Source of the DNA: Mobula hypostoma
Taxonomy: Eukaryota
Assembly: GCF_963921235.1 (NCBI RefSeq)
Contig: NC_086108.1
Coordinates: forward strand, 37,884,001-37,948,000
DNA: 64,000 bases
Reading direction: 5' to 3'
Both the position numbers and the translations under genes were made by a program. This document shows positions 53,312 to 64,000 of the stretch, in pieces (the stretch's first letter is position 1; every line of letters starts with the position of its first letter). The notes below the pieces were generated by a model. It was not told the DNA's origin. It worked only from the letters and a program-made list of their open reading frames with translations, and did no database searches.

Positions 53312-55564
53312 ACGAGATATGCCAACCAGATCATAATATGATCGAATTCACTCTAATATTTGAGAAGGAGAAACTAAAGTCACATGTATCAGTATTACAG
53401 TGGAGTAAAGGGAATTACAGAGGCATATGCGAGGAGCTGGCTAAAATTGATTGGAAAAGGACACTGGCAGGGATGACTGCAGAGCAGCAATGGTCCAGGA
53501 TATATACATCCCAAAGAGGAAGAAGTATTCTGAAGAGAAGATGACACAACTGTGGCTACCAAGGAAGTCAAATCCAACATAAAGGCCAAAGAGGGAGCAT
53601 ATAATAGATCAAACATTAGAGGGAAGTTAGAGGAATGCAAGTTGGATGGAATGCACAAGTAAGCTAGCCAATAATATTAAAGAGGATACCAAAAGTTTTG
53701 TCAAATACATAAAGTATAAAAGAGAGACAAGAGTGGATATCGGACCACCTGAAAATGATGTTGAAGAGGTAGTAATGGGGGACAAGGAAACTGACAAACT
53801 GAATACGTATTTTGCACCAGTCTTCACCATTGAAGACACTAGTAGTATGGTGGAAGTTCCAGCTGTCAGGGGGCATGAGTGTGTGAAGTTACCATAACTT
53901 GAGAGAAGGTTCTTGGGAACTGAAAAGCCTGAAAGTAGGTAAGTTACCTAGACCAGATGGTGTACACCGCAGTGTTCTAAAAGAGATGGCTGAAAAGATT
54001 GTGGAGATATTAGTAATGATCTTTCAAGAATCACTAGAATTTGGAATGGTCCAGATGACGGGAAAATTGCAAATGTCATTCCACTCTTCAAAAAGGGAGA
54101 CAAGAAGGCTGAAGAAAGGAAATTATAAGCCAGTTAGATCGACCTCAATGTTGGGATGACATTGGAGTCGATTGTCAAGGATGTGGTTTTGGAGTACTTG
54201 GAGGAACATGATTAAATAGGCTGTAGTCAGCATGGTTTGCTCAAGGGAAAATCTTGTCTGACAAATCTCTTGGAATTATTTGAAGAAATAGCAAACAGGA
54301 GAGATAAAGGGGTAATTGGGTGATGATGTGTACTTGGATTTTCTGGAGGCATTTGACAAAGTTCCATATGAAGCTGATTAACAAGATAATAGTCCATGGT
54401 ATTACAGGAAAGATACTAGCATGGATAAAACAGTGGCTGATTGGCAGGAATAAAGGGAACATTTACTGGTTGGTTGTCGGTGACTAGTTATGTTCCACAG
54501 GGGTCTCTGTTGGGACCACTTCTTGTTACATTATGTCAATGATTTAGATGATAGAATTGATGGCTTTATTGCAAACTTTGCAGATGATATGAAGGTAGGT
54601 GGAGGGGCTGATAGTTTTGAGGAAGTAGGGAGGTACAAAAGGACTTAGACATTTTAGGAGAATGGGCAAAGTAGTGGCAGGTGGAATACTCAGGAAGTGT
54701 ATAGTCATGCACTTTTGTAGAAGGAATAAATGGGTAGTCTGTTTTCTAAATGGAGAGAACATGCAAAGCCTTTACGAATATTTAATAGATAGAGTTTAAT
54801 AGATTCTTGATTGGTCCTGGCATAGAGGGATACAGGCAGAAGGCAGGAGAGGGAAAATGGATCAGCCATGATGAAATGGCAGAGCAAATTCAATGATCCA
54901 AATGGCATAATTCTGCTCCGATGTCTTATGATCTTATGAAATCAGTCTAACCAATGTTGTACATCAACAAATAAACATGGTAAAAGGTTTCAACACAATT
55001 GATAAGAGGTTCTTTTTTAAATAATATTACAAAATACATATGTCAACTGTACTCCAATAAGCATTTCCAATTGGATCATCACTGTTGTACATGAACTTTG
55101 TATATTTACATGCAGAAATGTAATATTATCTTGCACTTTTCAGTGGCCTCTAAACAAGAAATAATAGGAAAGGCAATTATAAATCATGCTTTGCAAGAGC
55201 CATTGTTTTGATGTTACACTGTCACTAGACAACAACTGTTCGATGGAACCTTCTTTACCTAGCTGTAACAGTGCCTGTTCCAATACTTTTTGATGTGATC
55301 ATCCACTCCTGATTTTGACTGCATTAAATTTACTCACTCACGTGTTTACTCATTACATAAATTAAACAATGATGGTTAGTAGCTCTCTTTGGGAATTTTG
55401 TTACTCCAGATTCATTATTTATCTTTTTAATTTGTCAGCTGTTAAGTTGTACACTGTTACCCAATTAATAATCACTAATTATATTATAAACTAATAATTA
55501 CATAGCTTCTCCACGCAATGAGTAGTTTACATAAGTGGAACAGATATCAAGAAATAGGAGATTC

Positions 55565-57560
55565 CAAAAGATTTGGTAAAATTATCAGAATGCAATTATC
55601 AGCCTATATATAAAAAATTAAGGAAGATATAACAAGATGGAACATAATTCCTTTTTTTAGTCTCAGTTCAAGGATTGAATCTATTAAAACTAATATACTG
55701 CCCAGACTACTGTATCTCTTTCAGACCCTACCAATAGAGAATAATCAAAATCAGTTCAATGAATGGAACAAAATGTCATCAAGATATATATGGCAAGTAA
55801 AAGGCCTAGAGTTCATCTCAAAACTTTGCAATTAGCCAAGGAAAAGGGGGAATAGGGCCTACCTTTTCTTTGAGATTATTGTTTTGCAGCACAGTTGAGA
55901 GCTGTGATATGTTGGAGCAACCCATCATATGACGCTCAATGGAAAAACATTGAGGAGGGGATACTTCCCATCCCCATACAGGCAATTTTAGCTGATAACA
56001 ACCTACAAAGGTACATACATACTATTGATAACCCATGGGTGAAATGGACTCTTAAAATATGGAAAACTATTATAAAAGAATATAAACTAGAGATATTGCA
56101 ATACTTAAATGATGTGCATATGACTTGGATTTTATGCCGAATAAACTAGATGCTAGATTTAAGGACTGGACAGCTAAAGGAATAACAGTTCTTTGCAACA
56201 TAATGAAAGAAGGAACTCTGTTCAGTTTTGAAATGGTTAAAGAGAAACACTTATTAGAAAAACAAGACTTTTATCAGTATTTACAGATGCAACAGTATGT
56301 GAATAGGGCGGTTAATAATGTAACCAAGGCAAGTACATGTTTGAGAGAGCTATTTAGAAAAGCATATAATTTAGATAATGGTAGTAGAATAATTTCAAGA
56401 ATGTATAAGAGTTTGTCAAATCTTAAAACACATTCGACTTCATACATTAAAACAAAATGAGAGAAGGAAGGAGGGATAATTATATCTGAGGAAGAATGGA
56501 CAACAATATGCAGGTATCAATGGAAGTGTATCAGTTCAGTTCACAGAAATGGAGGGAGTTCGGATGGAAAAACTTGATAAGGTATTTTATTACACCGTCT
56601 GAGAAATCCCATTATGATAGTAACCTCCCTGTTTGCTGGAAAAATTGTGGAAATCAAAATGTAAACCATTATCATAGTTTCTGGGAATGCCCCGTTATCA
56701 AAGACTATTGGAGTGGGATACATAATGCCCTACAAGACATCTTTAAATGTGAATACCCTTCGAAAGTGAAACCATATATTTTGGGTATATACCTCATATT
56801 AAGGCATCTGTTAGTCTTGCAAGACCATGGAACTGCTCCTGGAAAGTCGTCACTCTCCAGGGCGCAGGCCTGGGCAAGGTTGTATGGAAGACCGGCAGTT
56901 GCCCATGCTGCAAGTCTCCCCTCTCCACGACACCGATGTTGTCCAAGGGAAGGGCAAGGGCTGATACAGCTTGGCCCCAGTGTTGTCGCAGAGCACTGTG
57001 TTGTTAGGTGCCTTGCTCAAAGACACAACACGATGCCTCGGCTGCGGCTTGAACTCACGACTGGGTATATACTGGGTATTTACCTCAAGAAAGGTTGAAA
57101 AGAGATAAATATTTAATGAATATACTGCTGGTGGCTGGTAAAAAGACTCTTACCAGGAAATGGTTATCACAGGAGAGCCCGACTTTAAATGCATGGATGG
57201 AAATTACAATGGACATTTACAAAATGGAGAAGATAACAGCATCTGTTAATCATTAGTTGGAATGATTTGATTCATACTGGGAAAAATGGTTTAACTGCAT
57301 AACACCTCATAGGCCTGATTTTATTCTCACAAATCAATGAATATGTTGTAAAAAAAGATCACTCTCTACTTGTACATAGTTTTCTTCTTTTGCTTGTTCT
57401 TTCTTTCCTCTCTTTTCTATAAGTGTATACCTCAGATAAATAGTATGTGGAGATTTGTGGCATATATAACTATATGATATATATGTACAATATCTGAAAT
57501 ACATCTTATGGAAATGTTTGTTTGATGATGAACTTCAATAAAAAATAAATTACTATAAAA
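55565..57560 (+). mobile_element. 5'-truncated L1-clade LINE (second family)
   Basis: 16-bp TSD aagaaa(t/c)aggagattc (55549-55564 and 57561-57576). ILPRLLYLFQTLP, CWKNCG..HSFWEC knuckle, aataaa and A tail. Confidence 0.92.
56797..57061 (-). mobile_element. 5'-truncated SINE (B box, CORE-like segment, RTE-like tail) inside the L1
   Basis: Minus strand gagttcaagcc, gtgtctttgagcaaggcacctaac, ccatggtcttgcaagactaacagatgcc. TSD tgggtat(a/t)tacctca. Confidence 0.8.
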
Positions 57561-58135
57561 AAGAAACAGGAGATTCATATTTCCCTAGTTTAACAACATT
57601 TATCTCTAATGGAGTATTTGAAGGTCCATTTCTAAACTGATGGGGCAGTGACATAAGTATAAGATTTTGCTGGATGAAGCTGTAAGCACTTGTGTTATCA
57701 ACGGATAACAATGCAAGATCTTAACTTTAATTATTTGCTATTTTTATACAATGTAAACAATCTTAAATATTAGGAATTCAAACACAAAATGTTGAAAAGG
57801 CTCAGTAGTTCTAATAGCACCTGTAGGAAGATGAAACAGGCCTAACATTCAGGTTGGAGATGCTTTGTCAGAAACTTAAAAGCCAGGTGATGTCCAGCCA
57901 GGAAAGATCAAGCTTTACAGGCTCAATAATTGAGAACAGCCCTGATGCAGGTTCACAGCTGAAGACACTGAGATCTCCTGAATTCCTCCAGCAGTTGGTT
58001 TATTTCCCGATATTCTCCAGTGATAATTATTACAGAGTAAACAACAGGAATTCTGCAGATGCTGGAAATTCAAGCAACACACATCAAAGTTGCTGGTGAA
58101 CGCAGCAGGCCAGGCAGCATCTATAGGAAGAGGCG

Positions 58136-58177
58136 CAGTCGACGTTTCAGGCCGAGACCCTTCGTCAGGACTAACTG
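58136..58177 (-). ncRNA. Minimal type I hammerhead ribozyme motif with an intact core, on the KCNT2 sense strand
   Basis: Minus strand cagttagtc-CUGACGA-agggucucggccu-GAAA-c-GUC-gacug. Stem I aguc/gacu, stem II agg/ccu, palindromic ACGU in place of stem III. Confidence 0.8.
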
Positions 58178-58673
58178 AAGGAAGAGTGAGTAAGGGATTT
58201 GAAAGCTGGAGGGGGAGGGGGAGATGCAAAATGATAGGAGAAGACAGGAGGGGGAGGGATGGAGCCGAGAGCTGGACAGGTGATAGGCAGAAGGGGATAC
58301 GAGAGGATCATGGGACAGGAGGTCCGGGAAGAAAGACGGGGCGGGGGGTGACCCAGAGGATGGGCAAGAGGTATATTCAGAGGGACAGAGGGAGAAAAAG
58401 GAGAGTGAGAGAAAGAATGTGTGCATAAAAAAGAGTAACAGATGGGGTACGAGGGGGAGGTGGAGCCTAGCGGAAGTTAGAGAAGTCAATGTTCATGCCA
58501 TCAGGTTGGAGGTTACCTATACGGAATATAAGGTGTTGTTCCTCCAACCTGAGTGTGGCTTCATCTTTACAGTAGAGGAGGCCGTGGATAGACATGTCAG
58601 AATGGGAATGGGATGTGGAATTAAAATGTGTGGCCACTGGGAGATCCTGCTTTCTCTGGCGGACAGAGCGTAG

Positions 58674-59834
58674 ATGGGTCCTAGCTATGCCTGCCTTTTT
58701 GTTGGGTTTGTGGAACAATCTGTGTTCCGTGCCTATTCTGGTATCTGTCCCCCACTTTTCCTTCGCTACATCGATGACTGCATTGGCGCTGCTTCCTGCA
58801 CGCATGCAGAACTCGTTGACTTTATTAACTTTGCCTCCAACTTTCACCCTGCCCTCAAGTTTACCTGGTCCATTTCCGACACCTCCCTCCCCTTTCTAGA
58901 TCTTTCTGTCTCTGTCTCTGGAGACAGCTTATCCACTGATGTCTACTATAAGCCTACTGACTCTCACAGCTATCTGAACTATTCCTCTTCTCACCCTGTC
59001 TCTTGCAAAAACGCCATCCCCTTCTCGCAATTCCTCCGTCTCCGCCGCATCTGCTCTCAGGATGAGGCTTTTCATTCTAGGACGAGGGAGATGTCTTCAT
59101 TTTTTAAAGAAAGGGGCTTCCCTTCCTCCACTATCAACTCTGCTCTTAAACGCATCTCCCCCATTTCACGTACATCTGCTCTCACTCCATCCTCCCACCA
59201 CCCCACTAGGAATAGGGTTCCCCTGGTTCTCACCTACCACCCCACCAGCCTCCGGGTCCAACATATTATTCTCCGTAACTTCCGCCACCTCCAACGGGAT
59301 CCCACCACTAAGCATATCTTTCCCTCCCTCCCTCTCTCTGCATTCCGCAGGGATTGCTCCCTACACAACTCCCTTGTCCATTCGTCCCCCCCATCCCTCC
59401 CCACTGATCTCCCTCCTGGCACTTATCCGTGTAAGCGGAACAAGTGCTACACATGCCCTTACACTTCCTCCCTTACCACCATTCAGGGCCCCAAACAGTC
59501 CTTCCAGGTGAGGCATCACTTCACCTGTGAGTCGACTGGGGTGATATACTGCGTCCGGTGCTCCCGATGTGGCCTTTTATATATTGGTGAGACCCGACGC
59601 AGACTGGGAGACCGCTTTGCTGAACATCTACGCTCTGTCCGCCAGAGAAAGCAGGATCTCCCAGTGGCCACACATTTTAATTTCACATCCCATTCCCATT
59701 CTGACATGTCTATCCACGGCCTCCTCTACTGTAAAGATGAAGCCACACTCAGGTTGGAGGAACAACACCTTATATTCCGTATGGGTAGTCTCCAACCTGA
59801 TGGCATGAACATTGACTTCTCTAAATTCCGCTAG
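58674..59834 (+). CDS. Penelope RT C-terminal half + GIY-YIG endonuclease (386 aa, uninterrupted, N-terminally truncated)
   Basis: MGPSYA, RYIDD, LPFLD, YYKPTDS, CKRNKCYTC, VIYCVRCSRCGLLYIGET..R..RFAEH, EEQHLI, GMN. Confidence 0.9.
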   Translation: MGPSYACLFVGFVEQSVFRAYSGICPPLFLRYIDDCIGAASCTHAELVDFINFASNFHPALKFTWSISDTSLPFLDLSVSVSGDSLSTDVYYKPTDSHSYLNYSSSHPVSCKNAIPFSQFLRLRRICSQDEAFHSRTREMSSFFKERGFPSSTINSALKRISPISRTSALTPSSHHPTRNRVPLVLTYHPTSLRVQHIILRNFRHLQRDPTTKHIFPSLPLSAFRRDCSLHNSLVHSSPPSLPTDLPPGTYPCKRNKCYTCPYTSSLTTIQGPKQSFQVRHHFTCESTGVIYCVRCSRCGLLYIGETRRRLGDRFAEHLRSVRQRKQDLPVATHFNFTSHSHSDMSIHGLLYCKDEATLRLEEQHLIFRMGSLQPDGMNIDFSKFR

Positions 59835-60122
59835 GCCCCACCTCCCCCTCGTACCCCATCTGTTACTCTTTTTTATGCACACATTCTTTCTCTCACTCTC
59901 CTTTTTCTCCCTCTGTCCCTCTGAATATACCTCTTGCCCATCCTCTGGGTCACCCCCCCCCCATCTTTCTTCCCGGACCTCCTGTCCCATGATCCTCTCG
60001 TATCCCCTTCTGCCTATCACCTGTCCAGCTCTCGGCTCTATCCCTCCCCCTCCTGTCTTCTCCTATCATTTTGCATCTCCCCCTCCCCCTCCAGCTTTCA
60101 AATCCCTTACTCACTCTTCCTT

Positions 60123-60164
60123 CAGTTAGTCCTGACGAAGGGTCTCGGCCTGAAACGTCGACTG
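60123..60164 (+). ncRNA. Minimal type I hammerhead ribozyme motif with an intact core
   Basis: cagttagtcCTGACGAagggtctcggcctGAAAcGTCgactg. Confidence 0.8.
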
Positions 60165-60274
60165 CGCCTCTTCCTATTATTACAGAGTAATTGCATTTGC
60201 CTTAAAAATAATAAATTTACAAAATGTGGAGTCTCCTTTCTTTATAAAGAAATTAAAGACTTTATTTATTTTTA

Positions 60275-61535
60275 TAAGACCGCAAGATAAGTGAGCAGAA
60301 TTAGGCCATTCAGCCTGTCATGTCCAATCTGCCATTTGTCAATCAGGGCTATTTTTTTTTCTCAATCCCATTCTCTTGCTTTCTCTTCGTGACCCTTAAT
60401 CCCTTTACTAATCAAGAACCATTAATGTCTGCCTTAAATCTACTGAATGACTTGGCCTCCAAAGCCCTCTACACTAACAAATTTCACAGATTCACCACCA
60501 TCTGGCCAAAGAAATTCCTCCTCATCTGCATTCTAAAGAGGCATGCCTATACTCTGAGGCTGTTCCCTCAGATCCTATTTCTCCTAATGGAAACATTCCT
60601 TCCATGTGCACTCTACATAGGCCTTTTAGTATTCAATAGTATTCAATGAGATCCCCATGCTATTCTTCTAAAGTCCATCCAGTACAGGCCCAAGGCCATC
60701 ATGCTCTCCTCAGACATTAAACATTTTCATTCTTGGGATCATTCTTGTGAACTTCCTCTGGAGCCTCTCCAGGACCAACACATCCTTTCTTATATATGGC
60801 ACACAGTTGCTTACAATATTCCAAACACGGATTACTGTGAACAATCTGACTAACACTTTATAAAGCCTCCGCAGTACATTCTTGTTTTTATAATCCAGTC
60901 CTCTCAAAATGAATGTAACGGTGTTCTTGCCTTTCTTTTTATAAGCTCATCCTGCGAATTAGCCTTAATTTGTTTTATTTATTTATTTATTTGGTAAAGC
61001 AGCACAGATTAGGCCTTTTCAGTCCTTTGAGCCAAGTTGCCCCAGTGACCTCTGATAAACTCAATTAACCCAAACCTAATCACGGGACAATGAACAAGGA
61101 CCTATTAACTACCAGTATGTCTTTCAACTGTGGAATGAAACCGGGGCAGCCGGGGAAAACCCATGCATTCCATGGGGAGGACATTCCTGACAGAATGGTA
61201 CCGGAATTGAACTCCAAGCTCTGAAATGGCCCGAGCTGTAATAGCACGCTCTAACCACTACGTTACCGTGGCACCCATGTTTAATCCCTAAATAGGATTC
61301 CGAAGCCTCCTTGCACCTTTGATTTTTGAATTATCTCCCCACTTAGAAAATTGTGTACATCATTATTCCTCCTACTGAAGTGCCTAACCTCATACCTCTG
61401 CATGCTGTATTCCACCTGCCACTTTCTTGCCCACTCAACTATCCTTTCCAAGTCCCCCTGCAGACTACCTCCTCAAGACCATCCTTCTCAACATCATCTG
61501 CAAATTTGACTGCAATGCCATCAACTCCTTCATCG
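60275..61535 (-). mobile_element. Degenerate CR1 fragment with a nested V-SINE (about 60975-61278, minus)
   Basis: CR1 tail at 60275, LERLQRKFTRMIP. The SINE head reads ggtgccacggtaacgtagtggttag..gagttcaattcc on the minus strand. Confidence 0.8.
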
Positions 61536-62440
61536 TCTCTCTGCACCCGTGACTGCGTGGGTAGGCATAGCTTAAATGTCATCTATAAATTTCTTGATCA
61601 TATAACCATTTCTGGCAGAATCTCAGATGGAGACGAGAGGGCATACAGAAGCAAGATATACCAGCTAGTTGAGTGGTGTCGTGGTGTCTGAAAGTCCAAA
61701 GAACTGATTGTAGACTTCAGGAAGGGTGAGACAAGAGAACACACACCAATCCTCATCAAGGAGTCAGCATTGGAGAGAGAAGCATCTTCAAGTTCCTGGA
61801 TGTCAAGATCTCTGAGGATCTAACCTGGTCCCAACATATCAATGCAGCTATAAAGTAGGCAAGACAGCAGCTGTATTTCACTAGGAGTCTGAGGAGATTT
61901 GGTTTATCACCTAAAACACTCAAAAACTTCTACAGATGTACTGTGGAGAGCATTCTGATAGGCTGCATCACCATCTGGTATGGGGTGGGGCTAATACACA
62001 GGATCGAAGGAACTACAGAAAGTTACAAGATTAGTCAGCTCCATCCTGGGTTACTAGCCTCCGTAGTACCCAAGACATCTTCAAGGAGCGTTGCCTCAGA
62101 AAGGGAGCATCCATTATTAAGGACCCCCATCACCCAGGAACCTTGTTACCTTCAGGAAGGAGGTACAGAAGCCTGAAGTCAGCTACTTAGTGATTCAGGA
62201 ACAGCTTCTTCCCCTCTACCATCTGATTCCTAAATAGGCATTGAACCCAGGCCTTACTTCTTTATTATTCCTGTTTTTGCACTTATATTTTTAAATTTAA
62301 CTATTCTATATACATGTATATACTCACTGTAATTCATTTATTTATTTTTTCCATATCTATCATGTATTGCATTGTACTGTTGCTGCTAAGTTAACAAATT
62401 CCACAACATATACCAGTGATATTAAATCTGATTCCTTTTC
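61536..62440 (+). mobile_element. Rex1/Babar 3' fragment
   Basis: CTRDCVGRHSLNVIYKF..ISDGDERAYRSKIYQLVEWC, VESILIGCITIWYG, tail attaaatctgattc. Confidence 0.85.
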
Positions 62441-62955
62441 AGATCATTAATGCATATAGTGAAAGATTGTCAATCCTACATAGAGCCTTGAGCCACTTGC
62501 CTCTGGCAGCAATCCTGAAAAGGACCCTTTTATCCCTACTCTCTGCCTTCTGCCTGCAACTAATCTTCTATCCATACTAGTACCTTGTCTATAACACTGT
62601 TTAGCAGCCTCATGTGTGGCACCTTGTCAAATGCCTTCTGAAAATCAATGTAAATAACGTCCACTTACTCTCCTTTGTCAAACCTCCTCAAAGAATTCTA
62701 ACAGTTTTGTCAAGCAACATACTGACTTCATTGTATTTAATCATGTACTTCCAAGTAGTTTGAGATTTCATCCTTAATAATGGCCTCTAACATCTTACCA
62801 ACTACTGAAAATAGGCTAACTGACTGACAATTTCCTCTCTTTTGTCTCTCTCCCTTCTTAAACAGGAGTCCTATGTTAGTGTTTTTCTTTTCTTCTTGGA
62901 TGCTCCCTGACTCCAGTGGTTCTTGAATGAGCACTACTAATGCTGCCACAATCTC
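62441..62955 (-). mobile_element. CR1 RT fragment, probably the continuation of the element at 60275-61535
   Basis: LFKKGERQKRGNCQSVSLFSVVGKMLEAIIKD. Confidence 0.75.
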
Positions 62956-63561
62956 TTAATATCCCTCTGATACTTTATATGCAAGTTCCAGTTTTCATTT
63001 TGCTTCTTCACAATAACTGAAAGACAATTTATATTTTACATCTTTTATTTACTGATCTGCTGATAGCATCTATATGAAGGTCATTCAGTGTGAGAGGTTG
63101 TTTTCTTTCTTATCAACCACTCCTCCACCCCACATCACCCAAAATCCAACATGAAGGACTCTGAAGTTTAGCAGACACTGGGAGATTGAAAATCTCTCCC
63201 GATTCACCTGTTTAAAACATGGTCACATCTAGATAAATGCATTTATTTCAATGCCTCAAACAATGTCTGATCAACTCTATTGTTTGCATTTGATGTCATT
63301 AAAAACAGTGTGATGCAGAGCTCTTTGATATAATCACTCAGGACCTGTCCCCTTCTCATTGCTTCCATCAGCAAGGAAGCACAGAAGCCTGAAGGCACAC
63401 CTTCAATGTTTCAGGAATTTCCCCTCCACCATCAGATTTCTGGACAGTGTGGCTTAAAGGGCCAGAAGGGGCCCATGCCTATCTCAATCAATATGTATCT
63501 TATTGTAATTATTTATTGTTGAAACGTTACAAAATTTTGCTCATCTCTCCAAGTTTATTAC

Positions 63562-63670
63562 CTGCAAACTTGACATGAAATTTATTCTCGGGTTTCAATA
63601 TCTGAACGTAGAGGGGGCACTTTGGTGCAAAGTCTTTGACAGCCCATGCCCTCAGAATGGTTTGGTGATC
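63562..63670 (-). CDS. KCNT2: Slo2 Na+-activated K+ channel internal exon (109 nt, phase 0 to 1), [36 protein letters not shown]
   Basis: Translation matches the recalled KCNT1/2 RCK1 segment. Acceptor ttttaaccag|GAT, donor GCAG|gtaat. Confidence 0.93.
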
Positions 63671-64000
63671 CTGGTTAAAATAATACAAAGAAGAACAAAT
63701 CTTATTCAGTTTTGTGAAGAAGACAGAGATAATACTAATGAAGACAATTATTGAGTGTGGTAACAGTAAAGAGCACAAATAAAACTCTAATTCATTGTAC
63801 AAATGAGTTATGCCTACATGTATGCCTTAGATACATTCAATTACTAACCTAATATCCATATCATTGCCAAAGAAGTTGATTTATTTAACATTAATATCTT
63901 TTGTTTGGACTCTTACTCATTATTGGATAATTTGAAACAAAATTTTATCTAAGATGTTCATTCACAAATGGGAAATAATTAGTGAAAGGAAGAAATGTAT

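Larger units (their letters stand above)
49255..54937 (+). mobile_element. Near-complete degenerate CR1 (5' UTR repeats, zinc finger/leucine zipper + SGNH esterase ORF1, APE-RT ORF2) with nested insertions
   Basis: ORF1 remnants CTMW..HICTWW..ELELQ, VLVHIGTNEIG, DGIHLN. ORF2 LKVLYLSAHS..VVGITES, DHNMIEF, FADD. Tail (tcttatga)n. Confidence 0.85.
58041..60175 (+). mobile_element. Young Penelope-like element: 5' inverted pseudo-LTR (58041-58676), truncated RT-GIY-YIG ORF, 3' pseudo-LTR
   Basis: Perfect 15-bp TSD attattacagagtaa (58026-58040 and 60176-60190), about 550-bp terminal inverted duplication. Confidence 0.96.

Noticed and set aside
58674..59834. RT plus GIY-YIG nuclease plus ribozyme as a novel system
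   Set aside because: This is the established Penelope-like element architecture. The ATG is an internal RT residue at the truncation point, so the copy is non-autonomous.

Overview
This is eukaryotic vertebrate DNA, most likely a cartilaginous fish such as a ray (inferred from the V-SINE/HE1-like, Deu-SINE-like, CR1, Rex1/Babar, L1 and Penelope repeat mix). The only host gene I can support is a Slo2-family sodium-activated K+ channel, best matching KCNT2 (Slick), on the minus strand. Seven internal coding exons (63670-63562, 45354-45246, 26995-26846, 22093-21864, 16390-16174, 8392-8287, 4937-4765; 1094 nt) have GT-AG junctions, splice into one open frame, and encode the cytoplasmic RCK1-linker-RCK2 region. 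The rest is intron filled with often deeply nested transposons: a full-length but disabled L1 with a 15-bp TSD, a 5'-truncated L1, a near-complete CR1 with an esterase ORF1, a divergent single-ORF CR1-group LINE, Rex1/Babar fragments, a decayed hAT transposase, two copies of a hAT MITE carrying a captured CR1 tail, Tc1/mariner MITEs, several SINE families, and Penelope-like elements with inverted pseudo-LTRs and minimal hammerhead ribozyme motifs. One hammerhead with an intact core lies on the pre-mRNA strand. There are no prokaryotic features or CRISPR arrays, and I found no wholly new system. The best leads are the sense-strand ribozyme, the chimeric MITE and the unusual LINE. All family assignments come from motif recognition and recalled sequences, not database searches. 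Coordinates of degraded repeats are approximate.
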